A stretch of 64,000 nucleotides of DNA from Curvularia clavata (Eukaryota): the NCBI GenBank assembly GCA_023920165.1, contig CP089278.1, forward strand, positions 1,240,001 through 1,304,000, written 5' to 3'. Shown in pieces: positions 25,890 through 36,779 of this stretch (position 1 is the first letter of the stretch; every line of letters starts with the position of its first letter). Made by a program: the position numbers and the translations under genes. The notes beneath the pieces were generated by a model. It did not search any database. It had not been told where the DNA came from and saw nothing but the letters and a program-made list of their open reading frames with translations.

Positions 25890-27505
25890 ATGGACGAAGA
25901 ATCTGTCCTCAATTTCTGCAGTATTACTTCGTGCGACCCTGACAAGGCCGCACAGTATCTGCGCTTGACAGATGGCAACTTCGAGCAGGCCATACAACTC
26001 TTCTTCGATGCCCCCGGGCTCGACTTTACTCCCTCTGCACCGTCACAGCCCGCCGCTGCCTCTTCTGTCCAGAACCCCATAAACATCGATTCCGACGATG
26101 ACATGGAATTTGACGCCACTTCGCAAGCCACAACCCAACCTGCGCGAACCCAACCTGGTATCGAGGATGATGAAGCCATGGCACGGCGGTTACAGGAGGA
26201 GATGTATGGCGGTAGTGGCTCTGGAGGAGCTGGTGTCGATGAGGTACGCGCACCCATGCAACGGACTACAGAGACGCTGGTCGGTCCTGGCTCCAACTGG
26301 GGTCCTGCCGAAGACGAGGACATAGACGCTATGGTCCAAGAACAACTCGCTCGCAGGCGAACAGGTATGTTATCATCCTCATTTCTACAGTCCCCAAACT
26401 TACTCACCCTGCCAACTCAGGTCGCGCGGGCATCTTCAACCAACACACAACCCATACCAACGTCTGGGACAACACCACAGATTCGAGCACCCGGCGACGC
26501 GAGCTTGCAACCGCAACGGGAGGTGCCTCCGAGCAGTCTTCTAAGATGAACATGCTGGCAGAGCTCTTTCGCCCACCATTCGAAATAATGTATCAGGGGT
26601 CATGGGAGAAGGCGCGAGATATGGGCAAGGACGAAGAGAAGTGGCTGCTTGTCAACATTCAAGATCCCGCAATCTTCGACTGCCAGCGCCTCAACCGGGA
26701 TATCTGGAAAAACAAAGATATCAAAGAGACTGTTCGGGAAAACTTCATTTTCTTGCAGTACGCAAAGGACGACCAGCGTGGACAACAGTATATGAATTAC
26801 TACTTCCACGCTCGCGACAGCTCAGATGCCTACCCACATATTGCCATTGTCGACCCTCGGACTGGTGAACAGGTCAAAGTCTGGTCTGGACCGCCAATAC
26901 TTGAGGCCGTCGAGTTCCATGCCCAGCTCCACGAGTTCCTTGACCGCTATAGCTTGAACGTCAATGCAAAGAACCCGGTAGCAAAGCGAAAGTCGGAGTC
27001 AAAAAACAAAGACGTCAACCGTATGACCGAGGAGGAGATGCTGGAAATGGCGCTACAAAACAGTTTGGAGAACGGCAAGGGGCCCCAGGACGACGATCCA
27101 GACGCTCTCACCAAATCGACGGACAACATCAAGGGCAAAGGCAAAGCAGAAGAAGCCGCGCCAGAACCAGAGCCAGAGACCGCTCCGTCAAATCCCGCTT
27201 TCGCTGCCATCTCCGCTCATGCTCCTCACACGGAGCCTACAGTTACCGACCCCAAGGTCACTACACGCATTCAGTTCCGAGGCCCCTCAGGCCGACCTAT
27301 TGTGCGCCGCTTCAACCTAGCAGATCCTGTCCGCCGCGTTTACGAGTGGGTCAAGTCTGATGTTCCCTGGGAAGGCAAGCAGGGCGCTGAGTTTGACCTT
27401 TCCTTTATGGGCAAGAACCTTATTGACCATCTTGACGAAACCGTCGAAGCTGCTGGTCTCAAGGGCGCTAGTGTCATGGTCGAGTTCCTCGATAATAGCG
27501 AGTAG
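25890..27505 (+). CDS. UBX5: UBX-domain Cdc48/p97 cofactor (UBA-like, UIM-like, UAS, UBX), 2 exons
   Basis: N-terminal UBA-like FCSITSCDPDKAAQYLRLTDGNFEQAIQLFF. UAS LAELFRPPFEIM..FDCQRLNRDIW..PHIAIVDPRTGE. UIM MTEEEMLEMALQNSL. UBX TRIQFRGPSGRPIVRRF. Intron at about 26365-26420. Confidence 0.92.
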
Positions 27506-28068
27506 AGTTACCTTGGGTATATGGTGCTGTGAAGCTGAATGGATTCCATAACACACAAGGGCACACTTCCAACTCGACAGGTGAAGGCTGTGGCAACGGT
27601 GGCGAGCAACACGTAACTAGACCTGGACTTCTCATTTTCGTTCTTGACACATTTACACTACTGTAGAGGTCTACTCTAAAGACCTTTTCTCCTGCCCCAC
27701 TACGGAAATGTAGTAAATACCCCTGCATGCTCCGGAACTGTAACTTATTTTCTGCTTTTTTTAATGGCGCAGACTTGGTAGTGCAGTGACTGCTGTGATG
27801 ATGAATAGATTAGGATACTTTATGCCCCAGCAGTTGGTGTATCTCTTTGCCCTGCGATGTTTTTGTTCTTACTCCATTCTTATCACACACTGACACACTC
27901 ACACAAGCAAATTGACAAAAGAAAAGACGTTTCGAGTGAGGAAGTTCATCCCACTAAGCCATATAACTCGTTACTAAGTTTAAACAGCCAGACTTGTTCT
28001 ACGGAGTCCGAGATACCGTCGCTGGATCAGACACAGCTTTACTATCCAGTCGTCAAAAACCCATACCT

Positions 28069-28733
28069 TCAACCCTCCATCTTCTCATCAATCCTTAGTA
28101 GACCCTTGACCTTTCCTTGCTGGACGTCAACCTTCTCTGTCTGCTGCTCTTCCACTCCTCCCTCCTGCTGCCCCTCAATATCTTCCTCCTCGCCTTCAGC
28201 ATCAACATCAAATCCGAGCTCTAACTCGCCCTCATCGCTATGCGATCCATCCCACGCATCGTTTTCCTTGGAAACGAATGAGTCTCTCTTCTTCTGTGCT
28301 TTCGCCTCTTCTTTCTGTGCTTCGGGCTTGACATTCTCGCCCTCTGTCTGGGTACCCTGCGTCACTATTCCACCCTCGATTTCCTCACCGATAGGTTTGT
28401 CCGCTGGCTCGTCGCCAGTACTTGTCTTATCCTTGGCATTCCTAGACATAGCTTTCAGCCTGAGCCTCTCACTCCGCCTTGTGCCCCTTCGCACAGATCT
28501 GCCTCTCCTTGGACTCTTTCTCTCGACTTCTTTGCCACGCTTGTTCCCTGTCGGTAAATTGCTTTCTTCGTCATCGAGGTCAAATCGAACTTTTATGGTG
28601 CGTTTCCTGGACTGCGAAGTATCCCTTAGCGCTGACTTGATTGGAGCACGTTTCTCCTGGTCGACGTTCTTGGTACTAGGGGCGTCTTCATCACAGTATT
28701 CGGGTTCGCTGTCGAAGGGGGCGTCGACTTCGT

Positions 28734-28764
<31 letters not shown>

Positions 28765-30630
28765 TTCTGCACCACCCTGCCATATGACGAATTGGACGGC
28801 TTGCCCTGCTTGCTCGGTTGGGTCAGAGGGCGGCTGGTCTTGTAGCTGTGGCAAGGAATCAGCTGCGTCGGCTTCATCCGTTGATTCGGTGGGCTCAGCG
28901 CCCTGAGCGGCAGCTAGTATGTCCAGGAGTTCGGCCATTTCTCTTAAAATGTCGCTTCGCCTCTGTATCCGGGCCGCCTTGTGGGTGTCTCCGGGTGGAA
29001 TGATGTTATCATCAGAGGAAGAAGAGGAAGAGGAATCACTGAATTCTTCTTGGATGAGGGGCGCTGGACAGCGTTCTCTGGTCGGTATGCCACGATGGGG
29101 ATCGTCGTCTGAAGAAACGACCTCATGTCCGTAGTGCTGAACTTGCAGCCGCAAGCGCATGGCAAGATACTGCTGGTACGGTGTGCCTGTAGGACGTTTG
29201 TACGAAACAACGTTCCCTACTTCGTCCAGTTCGAGGGGCAGCCCTGCGTGAGAGATGCCTTTTCGACGGGTAACCGCCGGCGATGGGTCCTCATTGACGA
29301 CACGCAGCTTGCCTCTAGGTCCAGTGTATAACCCACTCTCTTCAGTGAAGTTTTTCTCGCCCTTAGGCGCATTCCGCATTATTGTGTCAAGACCCTCACC
29401 TTCAATGCCCTCAAGTTGATCGTCGATCTTGGTGATTTTGGCATCGAGTTCTGCTATTCTTCGTTGAATTGATGCCCTGAGGCTGGAGCTCAAGATTGCC
29501 GGTTCATAAGCCGACCTTGTAGTAGCGTCGCTATCAGGCAGTATCTGTTTTTCAGGTTTCTCGTTGGCTTTTGCTCTGGGTTTGCTGGACACTACATCAA
29601 TAGATTTATCGGTGCCTTTGCTGTTATCCCCTGGAGAGTCAGCATCTTCATAGAACCTGGACACCGCCCTGCCCATGTCCCAACCAGAGCCTTCAAGATA
29701 ATACTCTGCGACTGTATCGTCTGCATTTGTGAGGCTTTGGAATAATATCACAGCCTGATCTCGTTCGCTCGGACCCATGGTATTGGTGTCACGGACAACG
29801 CCTGGTCTTGACCTTGCCTGGTCTTCTTGGAAATACGTCAGAGCGAGATCTATATCCCAGTTGGCGCGGGTCAGATATTCCTCACACTGGTTGGGCGGTG
29901 CACCAGTAAATTTTGCAAGCCGATGAACTAAACCGGCTTCCATTTTCTTGATTTCCGCTGCCTCACCCCAAAGATTGTCTTCGTCGGAACTGTAGCCGTC
30001 TATCTTTGGAGCACCGGGCGGACCAGATGGTTCTAGCTCCGGCAAATCTGGGTCGCCCGGGTCATCGCACACTGTGATCGGTAGAGCGAGCTGCTCTAGT
30101 ATCTGTTGAATTATGACATCTCGTTCAGATATCAGATGAGCTTCGTCTTCTTTATCGAAATCCGCTTTTCGTATGTCGTTCCCGTTCTCGTCTTCATCGG
30201 TATACAGAATCTCGAAATCGTCTGCATTGTCTCTGAGCCTTTCCACTAGACGGTATTGTTGTTTTGTGAGCTCATCCTTCCCCTGACGATTAGCCCGACC
30301 ACGCAACTCTGCCTCAAGATATTGGAGAATCCTGTCATGATGATCGGGCTTCTTCTTGAGCACCTCCACATTCTGGCGGATGGCAATTCTCTGTGCCTCG
30401 GGGGGGTATTTGCTGATGCTGATCGCGTCCGGTATTCGAGGCTCGGGTTTTGGCGACTGCTGTTGGACAGGCACATCGGCCAACACAGCTTCAAGGGTTG
30501 ACAAGCCATCTGCCGTAAACGACATCATACTCCACGCTCGTCTTGCAGTAGCGAACAAGTATCTCCAGCGAACACCATTGACCTTGTCTTTCGGAACTTC
30601 TGTATACCTCTTCCAGTTGATGGGGCCCAT
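28069..30630 (-). CDS. Hypothetical acidic 853-aa protein with two tandem UBA-like (UBA_4/TAP-C-like) segments
   Basis: Uninterrupted ORF containing LAKFTGAPPNQCEEYLTRANWDIDLALTYF and ILFQSLTNADDTVAEYYLEGSGWDMGRAVSRFY. Confidence 0.8.
28733..28767 (-). repeat. 9-bp coding tandem repeat (GAAGGCGAA, about 4 copies) encoding EGE-EGE-EGE-EGD
   Basis: Plus strand tcgccttc ttcgccttc ttcgccttc ttcgccttc. Confidence 0.8.
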
Positions 30631-31447
30631 TTTCTCAAGAACAGCACCGGCGAGAACAACGACAGCGGCAAAAAGTGGACCTTGATACTGCAGATGATAC
30701 GATTAGCGTCACAACCATGGCCAAATTGTGTTCAATGATGCAGCTTATTGCTTGTGAGCAATGGTCAAGCAACATACATCGCGTGCACCGTATGTACCAC
30801 CATAAAACTTTGCGAGATGTTCAAGCGCTGGTACGCAATACACAAAATCATGGCCTGAGTTGGTGAAAGAGCGAATGTAAACGATGCAGCAGTTGATCGG
30901 GTCTTCGAGTGTCGCGAATAACATATCCTGGAGTTCCATCTCCTGGCTGCGATAAGGTGCATTATGAAATTCCATCCGCATTCTCCACACATCTTTAGAC
31001 GGTATGTTAGCTCCTCTGTCCATGTCAGCCGACGCTATATCGTGTGGTTCAATAACTTTACTCGTCAATCCAAATTTGGCAAGAGGACATTTGGATCGCA
31101 TCGTCTGTCTCTCGCGCGACTGTGGACTCAGAGGGGAGGTTGTGATTTGACTTGTGACCCATAATGTGTGATGACAGAAAGAATATCCTGTAATGTTGAG
31201 CGATGGTAAGCCCTTGGCACTTTTGAAGAAATGATAACTGTCGTTTGAGCGAGAGGTGCACAAGGGTTTCCAAAGTTGATGTTAGATTGAAGCAAGACAT
31301 AGCGTTGTTGTGCATATGGCTATGAGCACCGGGCATCTCACAAGAAAGGTAAGTGTCGACGGCATGCTTGAGTTGCGTAAGGTCAGGGTAACGACCACCA
31401 ACATTGTTGCTCCTACTAAAACTCTTGACATGGCGTCATTGCTAGCT

Positions 31448-32097
31448 TCAATACTCTTTCATGATTTTCTCGTCGCCGATCCGTTGAGTGAAGGTCACCG
31501 TTCTGTTCTTTATCCTCCAGATTCCGCTCGCACCTCGTACACCTGCGATGTTGGCCATGAGTTAGCATGTTCAATATTTATTGCATAAGCAGAAGTCACA
31601 AACCCTCATAGTCTCCATTTTTCGCCTTCAACAGTATCACATCATCGACGTACTTGCCGTACGCACTTAGCATCTTGCCTTCATGAGGGCCCTGCCCAAA
31701 CTATATGGAGCCTGTAAGCCCGATTTGCTCGTGTGCACATATTGCCACTTACGTGAACGCCCTGAAAGTAAGTCATGACTCTTGCCGTCTGCCCATCAGA
31801 CCTGAAAGTAATCGTTTGGGTGGTGAGGTTGTGATGCGTGCGGATTGGTCCTAGACTGAAACCGATCAGGTTTCGTGTTACTGCTAAAACATTGTGGAAT
31901 TTTGTAAGCTACCGATTCTTAATGGCCTCCTGAACTTCGGTTAAGCTCTTCATGCTCGAGTTGAAGGGGTAATTTGCTTCAACGTCTGGGTCGAACACCT
32001 TGTTTAACATGTCGAAGTTCTTTGTGTCTAGCGCTTGGCAGTAGCGCGATAGAACATTCTTGATTGCCAACACATCGAGTGAGTTGATATTAGTCAT
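31448..32097 (-). CDS. SnoaL-like / NTF2-fold small protein, 4 exons
   Basis: Spliced: MTNINSLDVLAIKNVLSRYCQALDTKNFDMLNKVFDPDVEANYP..RLGPIRTHHNLTTQTITF..ARVMTYFQGVHFGQGPHEGKMLSAYGKYVDD..GIWRIKNRTVTFTQRIGDEKIMKEY*. Fits the SnoaL_4 pattern. Confidence 0.85.
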
Positions 32098-33346
32098 GGT
32101 GCCCAATTTGAAGGATAGTATAGAACTCTTGTGTCCAGAAGAGTTATATGCTCCCTTCTTCGGTACCCCGCTTCCCGGAACCAAACTTATCAGTGACAGC
32201 ATTAACCCAGAAGTCGCTTCTTCTTTCTACGATATATATGCCATACTCTTGTGTTTCCGATATACTTCGCCTATTATGTTTTCATTTTCTATTTAGAAAG
32301 CCAAGCTCTACTCACTGCCAAGCTGTATAACAAGGCTACAAAGCCACAGCATTGCGGTAGGTTGCTCTGAGGGTGGTCGGTGTTTGATGGCTAACATGAT
32401 GATTTTGCAGATATCTTGTGTCAAGGGGAGCAATAGTACGCATGAGGAGATGATATAGTTTGTAGGGGAGAGAGCAGCGTTCGACAATGAACAGTGATTG
32501 GCCGTGAGCCCCACTTTCATATTCGGTCCTCCTCAACGACTGCGCACTCCTGTACCTTGTTGACATGCTCACCTGAAAGCTTCTTCCATCCGATCTAGGC
32601 CTTTAAAACTCAATTTCAGACAAATTTTTGCTGATAATGACATAAACCACTGTTCTGGTATCTCAAATACAAAGCTTCACATGCCAAACTCAGGAATTGC
32701 TTTTCCGCCACAGCATCCTTCAACGACAATAGCATTCCTGATTGAGATAAACTACGACACCTTCCTGTTCTGCGCTTTCATCGCCATCCTATGCATATGC
32801 ACCAAGACGCTGTCAATTTATGCATCTATCTTCAGCATGACCTTCGGCGTCCTCTCAGGGTCGACCTCAGCCTTGGGTGTACCACAACGCTGCGGGCCAG
32901 TCCGGCATTATGCGTGCCGTCAGGATTGACACCCTGTCTTGCATGTAGCCCCTGCAGAATTCTGCTCTATTCAGCAAGAGCTCGCAGGATGCTTACAGTT
33001 GTGACTAAACAGAAGTGGATCATTGCTGGAAGAGTGATCCGCTATCTGCAAACACCAGAAATTCAATATGGTAAGTTACTGCACATCGCACTCCATACGC
33101 GACGCGGGTGGGCCTATCAGACGAGCTTACATGCTCCTTCGTCGATGTCTGGCATATCAGCATGCAGATTATTAAGCTCTTCCCCAGTAGAGGAACATGC
33201 ATACCCACTGTTATAATTAATTGCGGAGAGATCCAGCATAAAACCACTTGCTCATTTTGCATTACGGCCTCGTTAACGAATCCAACCCACATTTAAATAG
33301 TCTCTGTAAACGTTTGTGAAGCAAAGACATCCAATTCATTGCAAAA

Positions 33347-35098
33347 ATGGCGATGTTGGCAATAACGGACCATATCGGTAAACCACTCAATCTCGGCCTG
33401 ACGCTGGTTGGGATAATCTTCACGGCGATACTATGGCGCATCTTCTACATGCAGAAGCTCCATCCTCTGGCGAAATTCCATGGGCCGTGGTATGCAACTT
33501 CATTCTCCATTGTGGGCGCTATGATCTCAGCGCTACGCAAAGAGCCTCAATGGATTGCGCATCTTGAAAAGAAATACGGAAGTAAGGCATTTTCCAAAAT
33601 CTGTGTACCAGCAAAGCCCTAACATATCTCACAGCGAAGCACCCGATTCGCATATCTCCTTATATGCTTCTTTTCTCTAACCCGTCCGCTTTGAAAGATA
33701 TCTATCGAGACCCCCAGTGTAATATCAAGGCGGGGCTCTACTCGGCCGGAGCTCTAGGTGAGTAAAGTAGTGAATTGCGTACAATCTGCATGCTAATTCT
33801 GCACTTACAAGGCCCCCCGAGCCTTGTAACAATCATAGATGGAGATGAACACCGCGCATTGCGGAAAGCCTTGTCGAATGGTCCGTGGACCATTGGTCCG
33901 TTGAAGAACACATGGGAGTCATCCTTCGACAACCATATCATGCTCTTCATCCAGAAACTTCGTGAACATGCCGAGGCTAAGCGCATCATATGTATATCCG
34001 ATAAACTGACAGAATTTGCGGCTGATATTCTGGGTATGATTTCGTTCTCAGCGCCTTTTGGCAGCGTCGAAAATCAGCGCGATGAGAGAGAACTACTTAA
34101 GAACTTCCGTGCAGGCCTACCCTTCTTCGGCTTTGCAGGACGATTCAGGTACTTTAGAGAGAAGGTCCTCCCGCTTTCGTTCGTCGGTCCCGCACTTTTG
34201 CCTTCTAGCACTGACCAAGTTGGAAATGGCTGGCTTATGGGGGAGGCTGATCGTCAGATAAGTACCCGCGAGAAGCAAAACGCTGAGAAGACATTTGAAG
34301 GACGACCAGACTTTCTGCAACAGTATGTCGTACGAGATGATTTTTTTATGGAAGATTCACTAAGCGCAATTAGCTGCCTTGATGCCCGCTTCTCAGATGG
34401 CTCTCCTCTGAGCCCAATCCAGAAGCGTGGTCACGTTACACTTCTTATTCAAGCCGGAGCTGACACGACGGGTACAGCAATGGGAATGACGCTTCAATAT
34501 ATACTCGAGAACCCTACCGTGTTAAAACGAGTGAGAACAGAAATTGAGGCGGCAGAATCAAAAGGTTTGCTTTCCACGCCAGTCCTTTACGACGAGATGA
34601 AGCAGCACCTCCCATATATGGGAGCATGCATCAAAGAGGGTCTTCGTCTTGGACCACCAGCTCCGAGTCTATTTGCCAGGCAAATTCCAAAGACCGGAAA
34701 AGTCATCGACGGCCACTTCATACCTGGCGGTTCTGATGTCACTGTTTACGGGTATACCCTTCAACGCAACAAAGAATTCTATGGAGAAGACGCCGAAGAG
34801 TTCAAGCCAGAGAGGTGGCTGGAAAGCCAGCAAAGGAGTTTCGAAATGGAGGCAGCTCAATTCACCTTCGGTACTGGGTCTAGGGTTTGCTTGGGTAAAG
34901 ACGTGGCGATATTAGAGTCCCATAAACTCTTGCCAGAGGTGAGCTCCCGGTCAGATACCGCCCCATATACCCAAATCCTGACTGGAGCAGATTATCCGCC
35001 GGTTCGATTTCGACGTCAAGCAGCTCGGTCAATACATAGTTACTGGTGGGGTGGCGTGCAATGCTGGCTTAATGGTGAGCCTCACACCAAGGGAGTGA
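33347..35098 (+). CDS. Cytochrome P450 monooxygenase, multi-exon
   Basis: N-terminal TM followed by HPLAKFHGP. I-helix AGADTT, EGLR (ExxR), FKPERW, heme motif FGTGSRVCLG. Last exon IIRRFDF..TPRE*. Confidence 0.95.
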
Positions 35099-35506
35099 GG
35101 CTAGCAGGGTTCAAGAAAGGCTATTCACTCTTCTTCTAGAATGCTTATTTCCAATGTGTCGTTTTGGTTTCCGAAAGACCTGCAGCGGTTAAAGAGGGTA
35201 AAGGGGAATTCTGACGGCTTTGTCTTCCCCGCACTTAAGCTCCATACCAAGCCCATCGGTTGTTTGTGAAACACGTCTTTAATATCTCCGAAAGGATTCA
35301 AATGACACGTTCCCCTTGCATAGTGCGCTCTTCGTATACCAGACCCAGTCTTAGCACTATGTCAACCAGTATGGAAGATTTCCATACGAACATAACACTC
35401 TGTCAAACATATGTCAAGACGGGTATTCAAACAGATCTGCATGGCATGTGAATCAAGAACCGGGGCATGAGATCGGTACCATCCTGCGTTGCAGATCGAG
35501 TATAAA
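35099..35506 (+). promoter_or_regulatory. Putative xylanase promoter with XlnR-like sites, CreA-like sites and a TATA box
   Basis: GGCTAG 35099-35104 and CGGTTAAA 35186-35193 (XlnR-type). SYGGRG matches at 35227-35232 (minus) and 35460-35465. TATAAA 35501-35506. These short motifs can occur by chance. Confidence 0.45.
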
Positions 35507-35561
35507 TGGCAAGCCGACTCCATGCGAGAATATGTAGGACTTTACCTGGTATCAAGCAAGC

Positions 35562-36779
35562 ATGCATTTCTCAATCCTTACCAGCGCCCTGGCTCTCGCT
35601 GGCCTTGTGTCCAGCACACCTGTCTCCCCTCGGCAGCAAGCCACCGCCCTCAACGATGCTTTTCGCGCTCGAGGCCGCTCCTATATCGGTACTTCATTGA
35701 CTATTCGCAATGACAACACTGAGCAAAACATTATCCGCAGCTCAGAATTCGGCTCCATCACGCCTGAGAATGCAATGAAGTGGGATGCAACTGAGCCCAA
35801 CCGGAACCAATTCAACTGGGGTGCTGCCGACGCAATTGCAAACTTCGCAACGCAGAACGGCAAGCAGATGAGATGTCACACACTGGTCTGGTACAGCCAA
35901 CTACCAGGTTGGGTAAACCAGATTAACAACAACGCTACGTTGATGAGTGTCATGCAAAACCACATCAACCAAGTTATGGGAAGGTACCGAGGAAAGTGCA
36001 CGCATTGGGATGTTGTCAACGAAGGTACGTCCATTATCCTTTTTCAAGAGTAGCAAATCAGCTGGGTAGAAAATATTAGTAGAGTAGAGTCTCACGCGTT
36101 ACACAGCCCTCAATGAGGACGGTACCAACCGAAACAACGTCTTCCTCCGTGTCATTGGAGAGCAGTACCTCCCGATTGCATTCCGGATGGCTGCTGCCGC
36201 TGACCCCAATGCCAAGCTCTACTACAACGATTACAACCTAGAGTACGGCACTGCCAAGCATGCGGGTGCTCTCCGCATCGTCAAGCTCGTGCAGTCCTGG
36301 GGCGTCAAGATCGACGGTGTTGGTCTGCAAGGCCACTTGGTTTCGGAACCAACGAACACAGCCAGCGATGTCACTCCCAGCGTGCAGGTTCTGACCAAGG
36401 TGTTGCAAGACTATGCCGACCTTAACGTCGACGTCGCATACACCGAGTTGGATATCCGCTCCAAAAACCCGAGCAACAGTCAGAAGTTGGCGGATGCGGC
36501 CGCTGCATGGGCGCGTGTGGCGCAAAGCTGTATCAATGTCCAGAGGTGTGTCGGTATGACCATCTGGGTAAGTTCTATTTCCCCGTCCAAATCAGGAACA
36601 ACGATTGCAATAATCAGATGCTGACTAGACATACTTAGGGTATTGCTGACAAGTACTCCTGGGTTCCCGGTACTTTTAACGGCGAAGGTTCGGCACTGTT
36701 GTGGAATGACAACTTCCAGAAGAAGCCTGCTTACACAGCTTTCTTGGATGTACTGAATGGTAAAAACGTAACCATGTGA
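35562..36779 (+). CDS. Secreted GH10 endo-1,4-beta-xylanase without CBM, 3 exons
   Basis: Signal peptide [18 protein letters not shown]. Motifs [27 protein letters not shown] (acid/base), [22 protein letters not shown] (nucleophile), KKPAY. Confidence 0.96.

Noticed and set aside
27857..28906. 349-aa Ser-rich plus-strand ORF
   Set aside because: Antisense shadow of the Glu-rich tail of the 853-aa gene.
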